Shown here one piece after another: positions 1 through 8,192 of a DNA stretch of 13,279 bases. Below the pieces are notes generated by a model that saw only the letters and a program-made list of their open reading frames with translations, did no database searches and was not told where the DNA came from. The translations under genes and the position numbers were made by a program. Source of the DNA: a virus (Duplodnaviria; Heunggongvirae; Uroviricota; Caudoviricetes); IMG/VR virus record IMGVR_UViG_3300033142_000627, positions 1 to 13,279 of that record, one strand, 5' to 3'. Position 1 is the stretch's first letter; each line of letters starts with the position of its first letter.

Positions 1-1683
1 GTCATATCTATTAAATCCCCACACAGATCCAGTAAATGCAATACTATAAAGGATTGATCCCGTATCATTAAAAGATAATCCTGCTGTAGTCGGCCCCTCT
101 GTACCTACATCTAATAAAACACTATCATAACTGGCATTCTCTAAATCATATGCAGTAGGGATTGAGTCAAACTGTTTAATAACTGCACTGTCAACGATAT
201 ACATTTTCTCACCACTATCGCCAAATGTTATGCCATACCCTGCTCCATCCAACGGAGCATTATAAATTTCATCACTATATGTTGCTGTACTAATATCCCA
301 AGGAGTAGTTAAGATGGTTACATTAACTGCGTCAGTAGAACGTACACCAAACACTTTTGTACCATCATCACTACACCAAAAACCGTCCCAAGCATATGCC
401 ATTGTAAAAAATTTAGAATCGTAGGATGCAGTAGACACATCCCACGCAGTACCTAAAGTGTATTGGTAAATTTTAGAAGTAGCTCTACCATTGACGAACA
501 TTGTGTATCCATCAGGACTAAATTGAATACCATAAGGTAATGTGTCTTCTGATATTACTTTAGTCTTTGAATCATCACTTGCTGTAGAGATATCCCAAGG
601 AGTACCCATAGTCCATTGATGAATAGTGTCGGTGGTGTATTCTAATAAATATACTTTCGTCCCATCCACGCTAACATCAAATACAAACGAAGTACCATCT
701 AAGTGAGCTAAAGATTTTGAGTCGTATGTAGAAGTAGATACATCCCATGCAGTACTTAAAGTATATTGAAATATATACTCTCCATAACCAGAAATATACA
801 TAATCGTGCCGGTGGGATTAAACACTACACTATCATATGGCGAAGCTGTTTCTGCTGGATCATAACTCTTACCAGTATAACTAGCATGTTCAAGGTTATA
901 ACCTTCAAGAAGCATTGAGTATTGATAGAGTACAGTAGGTGAACCACCCATGATGTACATTGTTTCGCCATTATCACCGACCACCACATTACTTACGGTA
1001 TTTACTGGCGTATATGGGGTAGTATCCAAGGCTTTATTATCATATGTTGTAGTAGATAAATCCCACGCTGTAGATAATGTATATTGGTAAATGCTAAAAT
1101 TACTATTTCCTGCCAACCATAATTTAGTACCATCACTACTGAATGACATACCGTACATAGTAATATCTTCTGATGTTGTTGAGAATGAAACAGTGTCATA
1201 AGTTGCTGTACTGACTATATACGGTGTGCCTAGAGTATATTGAAAAATAATATCTGGATCTTCATCTAGTACGTACATCTTAGTACCGTCACTATTAAAT
1301 TCAATCGCTCTAGCATCAGTAGTTTCTGTTGGGTCATAATCACTACCAGTACCATCATATACAGCGGTATCTAAATCCCAAGGTGTATCAAGAGTAAATT
1401 GCTTTACCTTTCCACCACCTACCCCAACAATGTACATTTTAGTACCGGCAGGATTAAAACTAATATCTGTTGGCGCAATATCTTGAGCACCAACACTCTT
1501 TGAGTCATATGTGGCTGTTCCGACATTCCACACTGTAGATAATGAGTACTGGTAAACTGTGTCAGTAGCAGTACCACACACATACATCTTAGTTCCATCG
1601 GGTTTAAATGCTAACCCCCACATACCAGATTCTTCGCTAGAAGTGAATTCTGTCCAATCATAAGTCGTAGTAGCTAAATCAGG
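1..1683 (-). repeat. C-terminal array of about 11 beta-propeller blade repeats (about 50 aa each) in the giant fibre
   Basis: Successive units include KPDGTKMYVCG..YQYSLSTVWNVGTATYD, NPAGTKMYIVG..KQFTLDTPWDLDTAVYD, NSDGTKMYVLD, SSDGTKLWLAG, GDNGETMYIMG, NPTGTIMYISG, SVDGTKVYLLE, SPDGYTMFVNG, SDDGTKVFGVR, GDSGEKMYIVD, NDTGSILYSIA. Confidence 0.85.
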
Positions 1684-4600
1684 AACAACACCACTACCAG
1701 CCGTATCAGCTAGTGTAAGAGTAATATCACCAGTAGTACCAGAGGGTGTAACGCCAGTAGAATAAGAGGTGTCTTCAATATCATATCCAGTTTCAACAGC
1801 ATCTACATCCCAGTCGTTATTAGTTAGTCCAGTTTGTGCAACTTCTTTAGTAACAGTAACAACAGGAGCCGAAGTCAATGCACTAATTAAAGTCATATCA
1901 TATGTTTCGTTTGTGGTGAATGTCTTTGTTAATGTAGCGAGTTCACTAACATCTCCACCACCTTCACCACCGCCGTTTGCTATTCCACCTAAAGCGTATA
2001 CTTCAACAATGTCGCCTAGATTAAGACCAACAGAAAGAGTGATGATTGCTGTACTAGTTTCTGTATATTCGGCCTTAGGTATAACAAAACCATTAACCAT
2101 GACCATAACAGAACCAAGTACATATTCGAGAACATTTGTATTGTTATCAGCACCGTCAAATACTGTTTGCCCTTGTGTTGATGTATATTCATATGTGAAA
2201 GAACCAAGGTCTGGTACATCACTGATATTTTCCCAAAGATGATTGTGACTATTATCAACGACTGATACATTACCAGAAGAATCAATCTCAATATCTGTGC
2301 CGTCTAATACACCACCTAGAACGCCGGTATCTGCAACAGGTAGACTATATGTTGAACCTGCGCCAATTGTAATCGTGTTGCCGATGTGTGTTACTGTTGC
2401 GCCACCAGTCGCGCCAAATGTAACAAGGTCACTTGAACCGATGCTCTGATTACCAGCTGTTTCGGTAGTGAAGTCCCAAGATACATACGCATCAGCAGTG
2501 TCAGCGATTCCGTCTAACTTGGATTCGTCAGCTAATAGGAATGAAGCAGTTGTTGCATCAAGCACGGCCTGATTAGTATGTGTATGTGCCGTTGAAATAG
2601 CGGATGTAATATCAGCGTTTGTTTGGTCATATGTTTCTAATAACACTAGGTTACCGTGTACGTGTTCCTTGGTAATCGCGTCAGCTATATCAACATCTAA
2701 CTGTGTGTATGTATCAAGTAGTGCCTTATTAGAATGTGTGTGTCTTGCAGCAGTATTCGCCGCAACATCAGTGTTAGCAGATACTTTCGCCTCTGTGTAG
2801 TATAGATTCGTACCTTCTGCAATATCAGAAGTTGTTAATACAACTATTCCAGTATAAGTATTAACAGAATCAACTGCACCAGAAGTAATATAAACATAAG
2901 CACTGCCAGACCAACGGTAAGTTTTGTTAGTATCGAGAGCAACATAGATTTTTCCTGTTTCGCCGGTTGGTGGGAATGACGCAAGGTCCGCATATTCAAG
3001 AACGTCATCAACATATGAAGGAAGTTGCGCTGTTGGAATTAATGCAGAAGAATCCAGGGTGGCAACGCCATTAGCAACACCTAGTAACGATACACTAACT
3101 TTTCCATCTAGCGCGGTCTGTAATCCAGTGATGCCTGAAATAGCATGACTGTGAAGAGTTATATCTGTGCCGCTTGTAAGGTCTGTATGTTGAGCAGATG
3201 TTAGGTGATAATACTCAGCAGTGGTTCCACCTTGCATGTTCACCAAATCATTATGATTCTTATCAGAATCGATATATTCATCAATTTGTACGTGTGTGTA
3301 CGTACCAATATCAGATAGATTAAGGTGACTAGAAATCTGTGTAGAACCGAAAGTTGTTGTGAATGAAGAATCTATTCTTTCTAAAACAGTGTCGCCTTCA
3401 TTAAGGGTTACAACGCCAAGAAGAATGCCTAGTCCAGATATCGATGGAGGAAGAAGAGAAGGAGGATTCTCTGTTAGTGCATCACTTAAAAGTTGATAGT
3501 CATCTTGGCCGTATACAACAGCATAATGAGAATCACCTTCTGTACTCATAACAGAGTAAATCCAATGGTTTACGTATCTGTTGTTTCCAATAGCAACAAG
3601 ACCGGTTGTTATGTCATTGTAATATGTATTATCTACTTGTGATTGGTCAGATACTACCCAATTAGCACCGTTATCAGCAGTATAGTAATATTCAAATGTA
3701 TCTACGCCGGTACTATCAAATGCTGGTAGGTCAATCTCTGTAAAACCGAACCAGAATACACCAGAAGTACAGGCTATATATAGGTCTGATGGATTCGAAA
3801 CTACTGCTCCGCCATTTGCTCGTTTGAATGTTTCTGTGTAGAATGACTTTACACGTTGTTTCGCGTTGGAATCAATCGAGTCCTCGCCTACATGCAAAAT
3901 AATTAGGTGGTTATCTTCTCTAACAATAATAGAGTGAGCAACAATATCTCTCATGTTTATAATTGCTGGGTCTGTTGTAACCTGGAATATTGGAGTACCA
4001 GCATTGTAATATACATATACAAAGTTTGTTGCGTAATTTGTAAGAGTTAAACCAGTTACTCCTTCAAATGTCGAACTTATCAACTCCGCATGAACGCTAT
4101 CCGATGGTCTTATTAAACACTCGCCGGCCGCGATATTAATGGTTCCGTTTAAATTATCGGTTATCGCTGCACCATCGACAATACCCGATGAACCTATGTG
4201 ATCTGATAATCTATCAATAGTTATGATATGCATAGGGTCGTTAATCGTGTTACTTAATAGAATATCAGAATCAACGTGAAGGTGGCCGACTATTGATAAT
4301 TCTGGAACATAATTTGTATCATATTCGTAAACAATATCATCGTCAACAACACTGTAGAATTTACTAGAGTCTGTAGTGAAATATAGACCGCGTTTGGTTC
4401 CTGCACCAGATAAAGTAAATGTGCTTTCGTTTTGAACAGCAGTAGAGATATCGTAAGGTGTAGATAGACTATATGAGATTAAATCTCCGGCGTCAACGCC
4501 TGATGTTGCAGGTGCGTATAAAACTGTTCCGCCGGCCGGCGCCCACAGGCCATAGAAGTTAGGGCTGTTAATTCCAAAATCATATGTTGCACTAATAGTA

Positions 4601-5811
4601 CTCAGATCCCAAGGTGTTGCAAGTAAGAATCCTCTTGTCTCTGACCATGCAAGGTCATGAAAATAGAAACACTTACCATCTGCACTAATACACACACCAG
4701 CTGACGAAGCGATACCAGATGTAACGGTAATGCCATTGGTTGCACCACAAGTCGCAAGACTCCATGCTGTGCCTAATGGATATTGAATAATCTCCTTGGT
4801 TCCGTTACCAAAGATGTACATAATATCTCCATCAGGATGGAATTGTAACATAGTTGGAGTACTTTCTTCTCCTGTAATAGAGAAAAACACATTATTATAT
4901 ACAGCAGAACTTGGGTCTCCAGGAGTACCTAGGTCATATTCGTATACTGTATTAGTTGTATCACCAATCATCCACATTCTAGTTCCATCAGGACTTAGAA
5001 ATATATCTCTAGGATTATCATCTTGTGCCGTAAATGAGAAATTATTTGTAGTGTATGTTACATCACTAAGGTCTGTTGGTATATCAAAAGCAGTCTTTAT
5101 GACCTCTGACTCAGCAGGAGACATATGGTAATAATCACCACCGGCGCCTCCTTGGAGATTTTCAAGTTTGACATTATGGTCTAATAGAGGAATTTGTGAA
5201 AGAGGAACAGTTCCGGTTCCATCAAGTTCAGCAAGTCCATCAGTTGCGCCTTTGAGTGAGGTAGGCAAAGCACCGATATCAGATGTTGTAAGAACTCTTG
5301 TGGTCATATTCGAAATATGACCTTGTGTGGTAGTTGTGATACTATCAACAATAGTCGCGCCAGAGGTATTGATGTCTGTTACAACATATGAAGGATGTAT
5401 ATACGGTGATATATCATTGTTGATTGTGATTACATCATCAACTCTAGTAAGACTAACATTGGTGCCACCAACAAAATCTACACTAGAATCAGAACCAATT
5501 ACTGTACTACCAGCACCATCTGTTAATAGATTCCAACCGGTGTATTTGTCATAGTCGTGATAATGTAAGTCGGTCTCATTACCTTGAGTAAGACCTATGT
5601 ATTGGGCCTCTGTAAGAGCGTACTCAAGGTCCGCAGCAAGGCCTTCTACATTAAGGATCGATACCTTATTTTCAATGATTTCTTCAACAATAGCATTTGC
5701 TATCGACTCAGAAAGTTGAAAGGCGTATGAGTGTTCATTACCGACCGCAGCTCCGTGATCGAAGAACTCGGTTATGATTCTGTTTCTTAAATCTATTTTA
5801 TTTAATGCCAC
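1..5811 (-). CDS. Giant tail fibre/adhesin-like virion protein, partial (at least 1937 aa, runs off the left edge); shaft repeats plus multiple beta-propeller modules
   Basis: Manual translation finds no stop from GTG at 5811-5809 (VALNKIDLRNRIITEFF...) to position 1. The start is 3 nt after the gp5 stop. Contains phage-tail-repeat-like HSHAISGITGLQTALDGK, fibre motif GVATLDSSALIPTAQLPSYVDDVLEY...TGETGKIYVALDTNKTYRWSG, and about 16 repeats of type F-x-x-DGTKMY...YQY-x-L-x-T-x-WD-x-STA-x-YD. Absent from the ORF track, probably because there is no stop inside the window. Confidence 0.9.
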   Translation of the reverse strand, partial: MALNKIDLRNRIITEFFDHGAAVGNEHSYAFQLSESIANAIVEEIIENKVSILNVEGLAADLEYALTEAQYIGLTQGNETDLHYHDYDKYTGWNLLTDGAGSTVIGSDSSVDFVGGTNVSLTRVDDVITINNDISPYIHPSYVVTDINTSGATIVDSITTTTQGHISNMTTRVLTTSDIGALPTSLKGATDGLAELDGTGTVPLSQIPLLDHNVKLENLQGGAGGDYYHMSPAESEVIKTAFDIPTDLSDVTYTTNNFSFTAQDDNPRDIFLSPDGTRMWMIGDTTNTVYEYDLGTPGDPSSAVYNNVFFSITGEESTPTMLQFHPDGDIMYIFGNGTKEIIQYPLGTAWSLATCGATNGITVTSGIASSAGVCISADGKCFYFHDLAWSETRGFLLATPWDLSTISATYDFGINSPNFYGLWAPAGGTVLYAPATSGVDAGDLISYSLSTPYDISTAVQNESTFTLSGAGTKRGLYFTTDSSKFYSVVDDDIVYEYDTNYVPELSIVGHLHVDSDILLSNTINDPMHIITIDRLSDHIGSSGIVDGAAITDNLNGTINIAAGECLIRPSDSVHAELISSTFEGVTGLTLTNYATNFVYVYYNAGTPIFQVTTDPAIINMRDIVAHSIIVREDNHLIILHVGEDSIDSNAKQRVKSFYTETFKRANGGAVVSNPSDLYIACTSGVFWFGFTEIDLPAFDSTGVDTFEYYYTADNGANWVVSDQSQVDNTYYNDITTGLVAIGNNRYVNHWIYSVMSTEGDSHYAVVYGQDDYQLLSDALTENPPSLLPPSISGLGILLGVVTLNEGDTVLERIDSSFTTTFGSTQISSHLNLSDIGTYTHVQIDEYIDSDKNHNDLVNMQGGTTAEYYHLTSAQHTDLTSGTDITLHSHAISGITGLQTALDGKVSVSLLGVANGVATLDSSALIPTAQLPSYVDDVLEYADLASFPPTGETGKIYVALDTNKTYRWSGSAYVYITSGAVDSVNTYTGIVVLTTSDIAEGTNLYYTEAKVSANTDVAANTAARHTHSNKALLDTYTQLDVDIADAITKEHVHGNLVLLETYDQTNADITSAISTAHTHTNQAVLDATTASFLLADESKLDGIADTADAYVSWDFTTETAGNQSIGSSDLVTFGATGGATVTHIGNTITIGAGSTYSLPVADTGVLGGVLDGTDIEIDSSGNVSVVDNSHNHLWENISDVPDLGSFTYEYTSTQGQTVFDGADNNTNVLEYVLGSVMVMVNGFVIPKAEYTETSTAIITLSVGLNLGDIVEVYALGGIANGGGEGGGDVSELATLTKTFTTNETYDMTLISALTSAPVVTVTKEVAQTGLTNNDWDVDAVETGYDIEDTSYSTGVTPSGTTGDITLTLADTAGSGVVPDLATTTYDWTEFTSSEESGMWGLAFKPDGTKMYVCGTATDTVYQYSLSTVWNVGTATYDSKSVGAQDIAPTDISFNPAGTKMYIVGVGGGKVKQFTLDTPWDLDTAVYDGTGSDYDPTETTDARAIEFNSDGTKMYVLDEDPDIIFQYTLGTPYIVSTATYDTVSFSTTSEDITMYGMSFSSDGTKLWLAGNSNFSIYQYTLSTAWDLSTTTYDNKALDTTPYTPVNTVSNVVVGDNGETMYIMGGSPTVLYQYSMLLEGYNLEHASYTGKSYDPAETASPYDSVVFNPTGTIMYISGYGEYIFQYTLSTAWDVSTSTYDSKSLAHLDGTSFVFDVSVDGTKVYLLEYTTDTIHQWTMGTPWDISTASDDSKTKVISEDTLPYGIQFSPDGYTMFVNGRATSKIYQYTLGTAWDVSTASYDSKFFTMAYAWDGFWCSDDGTKVFGVRSTDAVNVTILTTPWDISTATYSDEIYNAPLDGAGYGITFGDSGEKMYIVDSAVIKQFDSIPTAYDLENASYDSVLLDVGTEGPTTAGLSFNDTGSILYSIAFTGSVWGFNRYD
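2521..2745 (-). repeat. Three tandem 26-aa HxH repeats in the fibre shaft (third partial)
   Basis: RHTHSNKALLDTYTQLDVDIADAITK / EHVHGNLVLLETYDQTNADITSAIST / AHTHTNQAVLDATT. First His codons at 2742, 2664 and 2586 give an exact 78-nt spacing. Confidence 0.85.
4321..5079 (-). repeat. Isolated N-proximal propeller module (5 blade repeats) in the giant fibre
   Basis: PTDLSDVTY lead-in, then SPDGTRMWMIG, HPDGDIMYIFG, SADGKCFYFHD, PAGGTVLYAP, TTDSSKFYSVV..VYEY, with TAWSL/TPWDLST/TPYDIST motifs between them. Confidence 0.75.
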
Positions 5812-5814
5812 TTT

Positions 5815-6981
5815 TTATTTTCCGCAAGTTACTTGACTAGATTTATCAGCGTGAGGTAGACCTGTTAAATGACAAATTGATTCTCCTGTGATTACACCAG
5901 AACCGCCATTGATACTAACATTGTCTCCTTGAATAGAAATCTTACCTCCAGAAGTGACGTTTGTTGTGCCGTCAGAATTGATAGATGTATTTCCACTAGT
6001 ATTTATCGAGGTATCTCCACCAGCAGAGATTGAAGTGTTTCCTTCGGTTGTAATTGAGGTATTTCCACCAGTTACAACCGTTGTATCATCAGCAACATTA
6101 ACAGATAGATTCTTACCAACAACCGAGTTGACATTTCCATCAACCTGTTCTTCTACATTTCCTTTAACGTATAGACTCGCATCACCTTCTATGTGAACAT
6201 CACAACGACCAACGATATTAACCTTATTGTCACCAAGAATAATCGTATAATCATCCTTGACAACCTTGGTCATCTTCGAACCGTCTGGTCCTATTTCTTC
6301 AAATGTGCCAGTTCTGTGATATGTGTGTAATCTCTCAGCGCCAGGTGTGTCATCAACTTCACTGATATGTCCAGATTCACTCTCTTTAACGTGATTGAAC
6401 GGATACTCAGCATCGTAGGTATTCGGTTTTTCGTCCCAAGTACCGGTACCGTTTGCGTTCGGTATGCCTTTCTTCTCGCCATCTGTTTTTTGTTGAACAA
6501 TAGTCTCGTCTATCTTCTCACCACGAGCAAGTCTGTTAGTATCAGGCTCGTCCAAGTAGTCTTCTCTTGGATATTGTTCATTTGGGTCAAAGAATCCGAC
6601 TCCGGACGCCTGTTTGTTCTTCGAAGACTCTCCCGGAACGCCTCCAATGACACCAAGTATCACCAGGTCGTTCATAAACTTGCCGTCACGCGAGAACCCT
6701 ACTACATTGGTGCCCTCGACAGGACCAAGTGGAGTCTCTCCTATACCGTTCATACCGGTAGAGGTGATTGGCAGAATTGGATATGCCCACGGCAAGTCTT
6801 CTACCGCGATACCAGAACCAGTGAAATCGTCAGGTTTGTTGGATTCTGAGTGTATGCCATAGATTCTGACACGAACACGACCAAGTTTCATTGGGTCGTT
6901 TCTGTCTTCTACGACACCATAGAACATAGGAACTCCGGCCATGCCGGTGAACATTGTGTTTGTTGCTGATTCGATGCCCAT
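5815..6981 (-). CDS. gp5: Baseplate central spike, T4 gp5-like (OB-fold plus beta-helix, no lysozyme domain), about 388 aa
   Basis: FYGVVEDRNDPMKLGRVRVRIYGIH...DLPWA OB-fold motif; YPFNHVKESESGHISEVDDTPGAERLHTYHRTGTFEEI motif; C-terminal 8-residue repeats. The start is more likely the ATG at 6981, which overlaps the upstream stop (TAATG) and follows AGGTGG, than 6993 as in the track. Confidence 0.93.
   Translation of the reverse strand: MGIESATNTMFTGMAGVPMFYGVVEDRNDPMKLGRVRVRIYGIHSESNKPDDFTGSGIAVEDLPWAYPILPITSTGMNGIGETPLGPVEGTNVVGFSRDGKFMNDLVILGVIGGVPGESSKNKQASGVGFFDPNEQYPREDYLDEPDTNRLARGEKIDETIVQQKTDGEKKGIPNANGTGTWDEKPNTYDAEYPFNHVKESESGHISEVDDTPGAERLHTYHRTGTFEEIGPDGSKMTKVVKDDYTIILGDNKVNIVGRCDVHIEGDASLYVKGNVEEQVDGNVNSVVGKNLSVNVADDTTVVTGGNTSITTEGNTSISAGGDTSINTSGNTSINSDGTTNVTSGGKISIQGDNVSINGGSGVITGESICHLTGLPHADKSSQVTCGK
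5910..6243 (-). repeat. About 14 octapeptide repeats of the gp5 triple-stranded beta-helix
   Basis: IILGDNKV NIVGRCDV HIEGDASL YVKGNVEE QVDGNVNS VVGKNLSV NVADDTTV VTGGNTSI TTEGNTSI SAGGDTSI NTSGNTSI NSDGTTNV TSGGKISI QGDNVSI. Confidence 0.88.
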
Positions 6982-8192
6982 TATTCTACCCACCTATCAC
7001 TTCTTAGTTCAAGAACTTGATTATATTCTGATTCGCCGGTCGATAACACACTAATACTGTGACGAACTGCTGTAATCAAGAACTTCTGAGGAAATCTCTT
7101 GTGTGTTTTATTCCATTCCTCTGTCATTAAACAAGATGCCATCTTATATTTAACCGTTTGTCCTACGGTGATATTACTATTGCCAGGAACCACAAGATTA
7201 ATCTTGAAACCATCGAACAATCTCTTATCTCTATCGGTAACAGCGCCCCAATACTTCGCCTTGGCCATATCGTAATTACTTGACATCATGGTTACACGGT
7301 TGTTGGGAGAATACTCCCTGTTGTATACCATAGGATCTTTAATCTCTCTATCTTCATTATACGAATTGGTTGTAGTTGTAATCTTTTTGTTGATTATATC
7401 GTGTTCAATGATAGTATTTGCATAAGCACCAGTCATTGCGTTTGTAAGATGGTCAACAACTTGTTCAACTTTATGACTTGTAGCTGTTTCAAGATCGCCT
7501 TTCACACCAGAGACTCTTTCAAAGATTTCGAACGGTTCATTTTCTTCGTACAAATTACGGAGGTGTCTGAACTGATATCCGACAGAATTCTCATAGAAGA
7601 TATATCCTGTATCATAATCGTTATCACTGAAACCATCGATACTGGTTGAACCCAAGTAATTGAATAGTCTGTATGGTTTCCAATTAGGCACAACCATATC
7701 TCTATCATACTTTGTTATATCATAACCGTACATCTTAGACCAATCAGAAGGAATCATTTCCATTGTCTTCTCAAGAATGGTTCCAATTATATCCTCTGGT
7801 CGACCACTATATGACTTAGATATTCTAGTGTTCTCATTCTTGAAGGCGCCCTCTGTGGTACCTTTGAAACTATAGTATCTGTCAAAGTCACCACCAGAAT
7901 CAAACTCTGAAATCTTTGTGATGTCAAAAGTCTTTGTGTGTTCGTGATGAACATCTGATGTTTTGAATGAGAAGTTTAGTTTTTCTTCTCCTGTGAAACC
8001 CTTGCTTTCGAACATGCCCTCCAAATCCATCAACTTGAACGAACAAGTCATATAGTTCATAAAGATATCTTCATATATCTCTATATAGGCCATATGTTCT
8101 CTGATATCAATTCTTTCGTTACCAGATAGTACCAATTCGGCTTTAATCAACTGGTAATCACCAGGATTTTGCCATTCAAGCGTCTCAGCCAT
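6981..8192 (-). CDS. Baseplate hub protein, gp27-like, 403 aa
   Basis: Lies between gp53 and gp5. N-terminal IDIREHMAYIEIYEDIF..CSFKLMD, mid-protein VVPNWKPY..GYIFYENSVGYQFRHL, and C-terminal INLVVPGNSNITVGQTV...FLITAVRHSI fit the hub fold of T4-like phages. Confidence 0.72.
   Translation of the reverse strand: MAETLEWQNPGDYQLIKAELVLSGNERIDIREHMAYIEIYEDIFMNYMTCSFKLMDLEGMFESKGFTGEEKLNFSFKTSDVHHEHTKTFDITKISEFDSGGDFDRYYSFKGTTEGAFKNENTRISKSYSGRPEDIIGTILEKTMEMIPSDWSKMYGYDITKYDRDMVVPNWKPYRLFNYLGSTSIDGFSDNDYDTGYIFYENSVGYQFRHLRNLYEENEPFEIFERVSGVKGDLETATSHKVEQVVDHLTNAMTGAYANTIIEHDIINKKITTTTNSYNEDREIKDPMVYNREYSPNNRVTMMSSNYDMAKAKYWGAVTDRDKRLFDGFKINLVVPGNSNITVGQTVKYKMASCLMTEEWNKTHKRFPQKFLITAVRHSISVLSTGESEYNQVLELRSDRWVE

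Noticed and set aside
1-1700. Diversity-generating retroelement target or CRISPR-like array in the repeat region
   Set aside because: Repeats are conserved at protein level but diverged in DNA; no near-identical template/variable repeat pair, reverse transcriptase or repeat-spacer structure in the window.
1002-5554. Track ORFs 1002-1199, 1769-2242, 2016-2291, 4796-5131 and 5327-5554
   Set aside because: Antisense or off-frame shadows lying wholly inside the giant minus-strand fibre ORF; no recognisable motifs.
5809-5817. gp5 and the giant fibre are in the same frame (TAA AAA GTG), so read-through could fuse them
   Set aside because: TAA is rarely read through, same-frame adjacency has a 1-in-3 chance, and the fibre has its own plausible start.
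6982-6993. Track start for gp5 at 6993 (and for gp53 at 8676)
   Set aside because: Downstream ATGs at 6981 and 8655 have better SD sequences and stop/start coupling, and avoid long overlaps.
5954-7708. Track ORFs 5954-6196, 6291-6500, 6367-6849, 6614-6862, 7401-7649 and 7502-7708
   Set aside because: Shadows of gp5 and the gp27-like gene. The periodicity of 5954-6196 only mirrors the gp5 octapeptide repeats.
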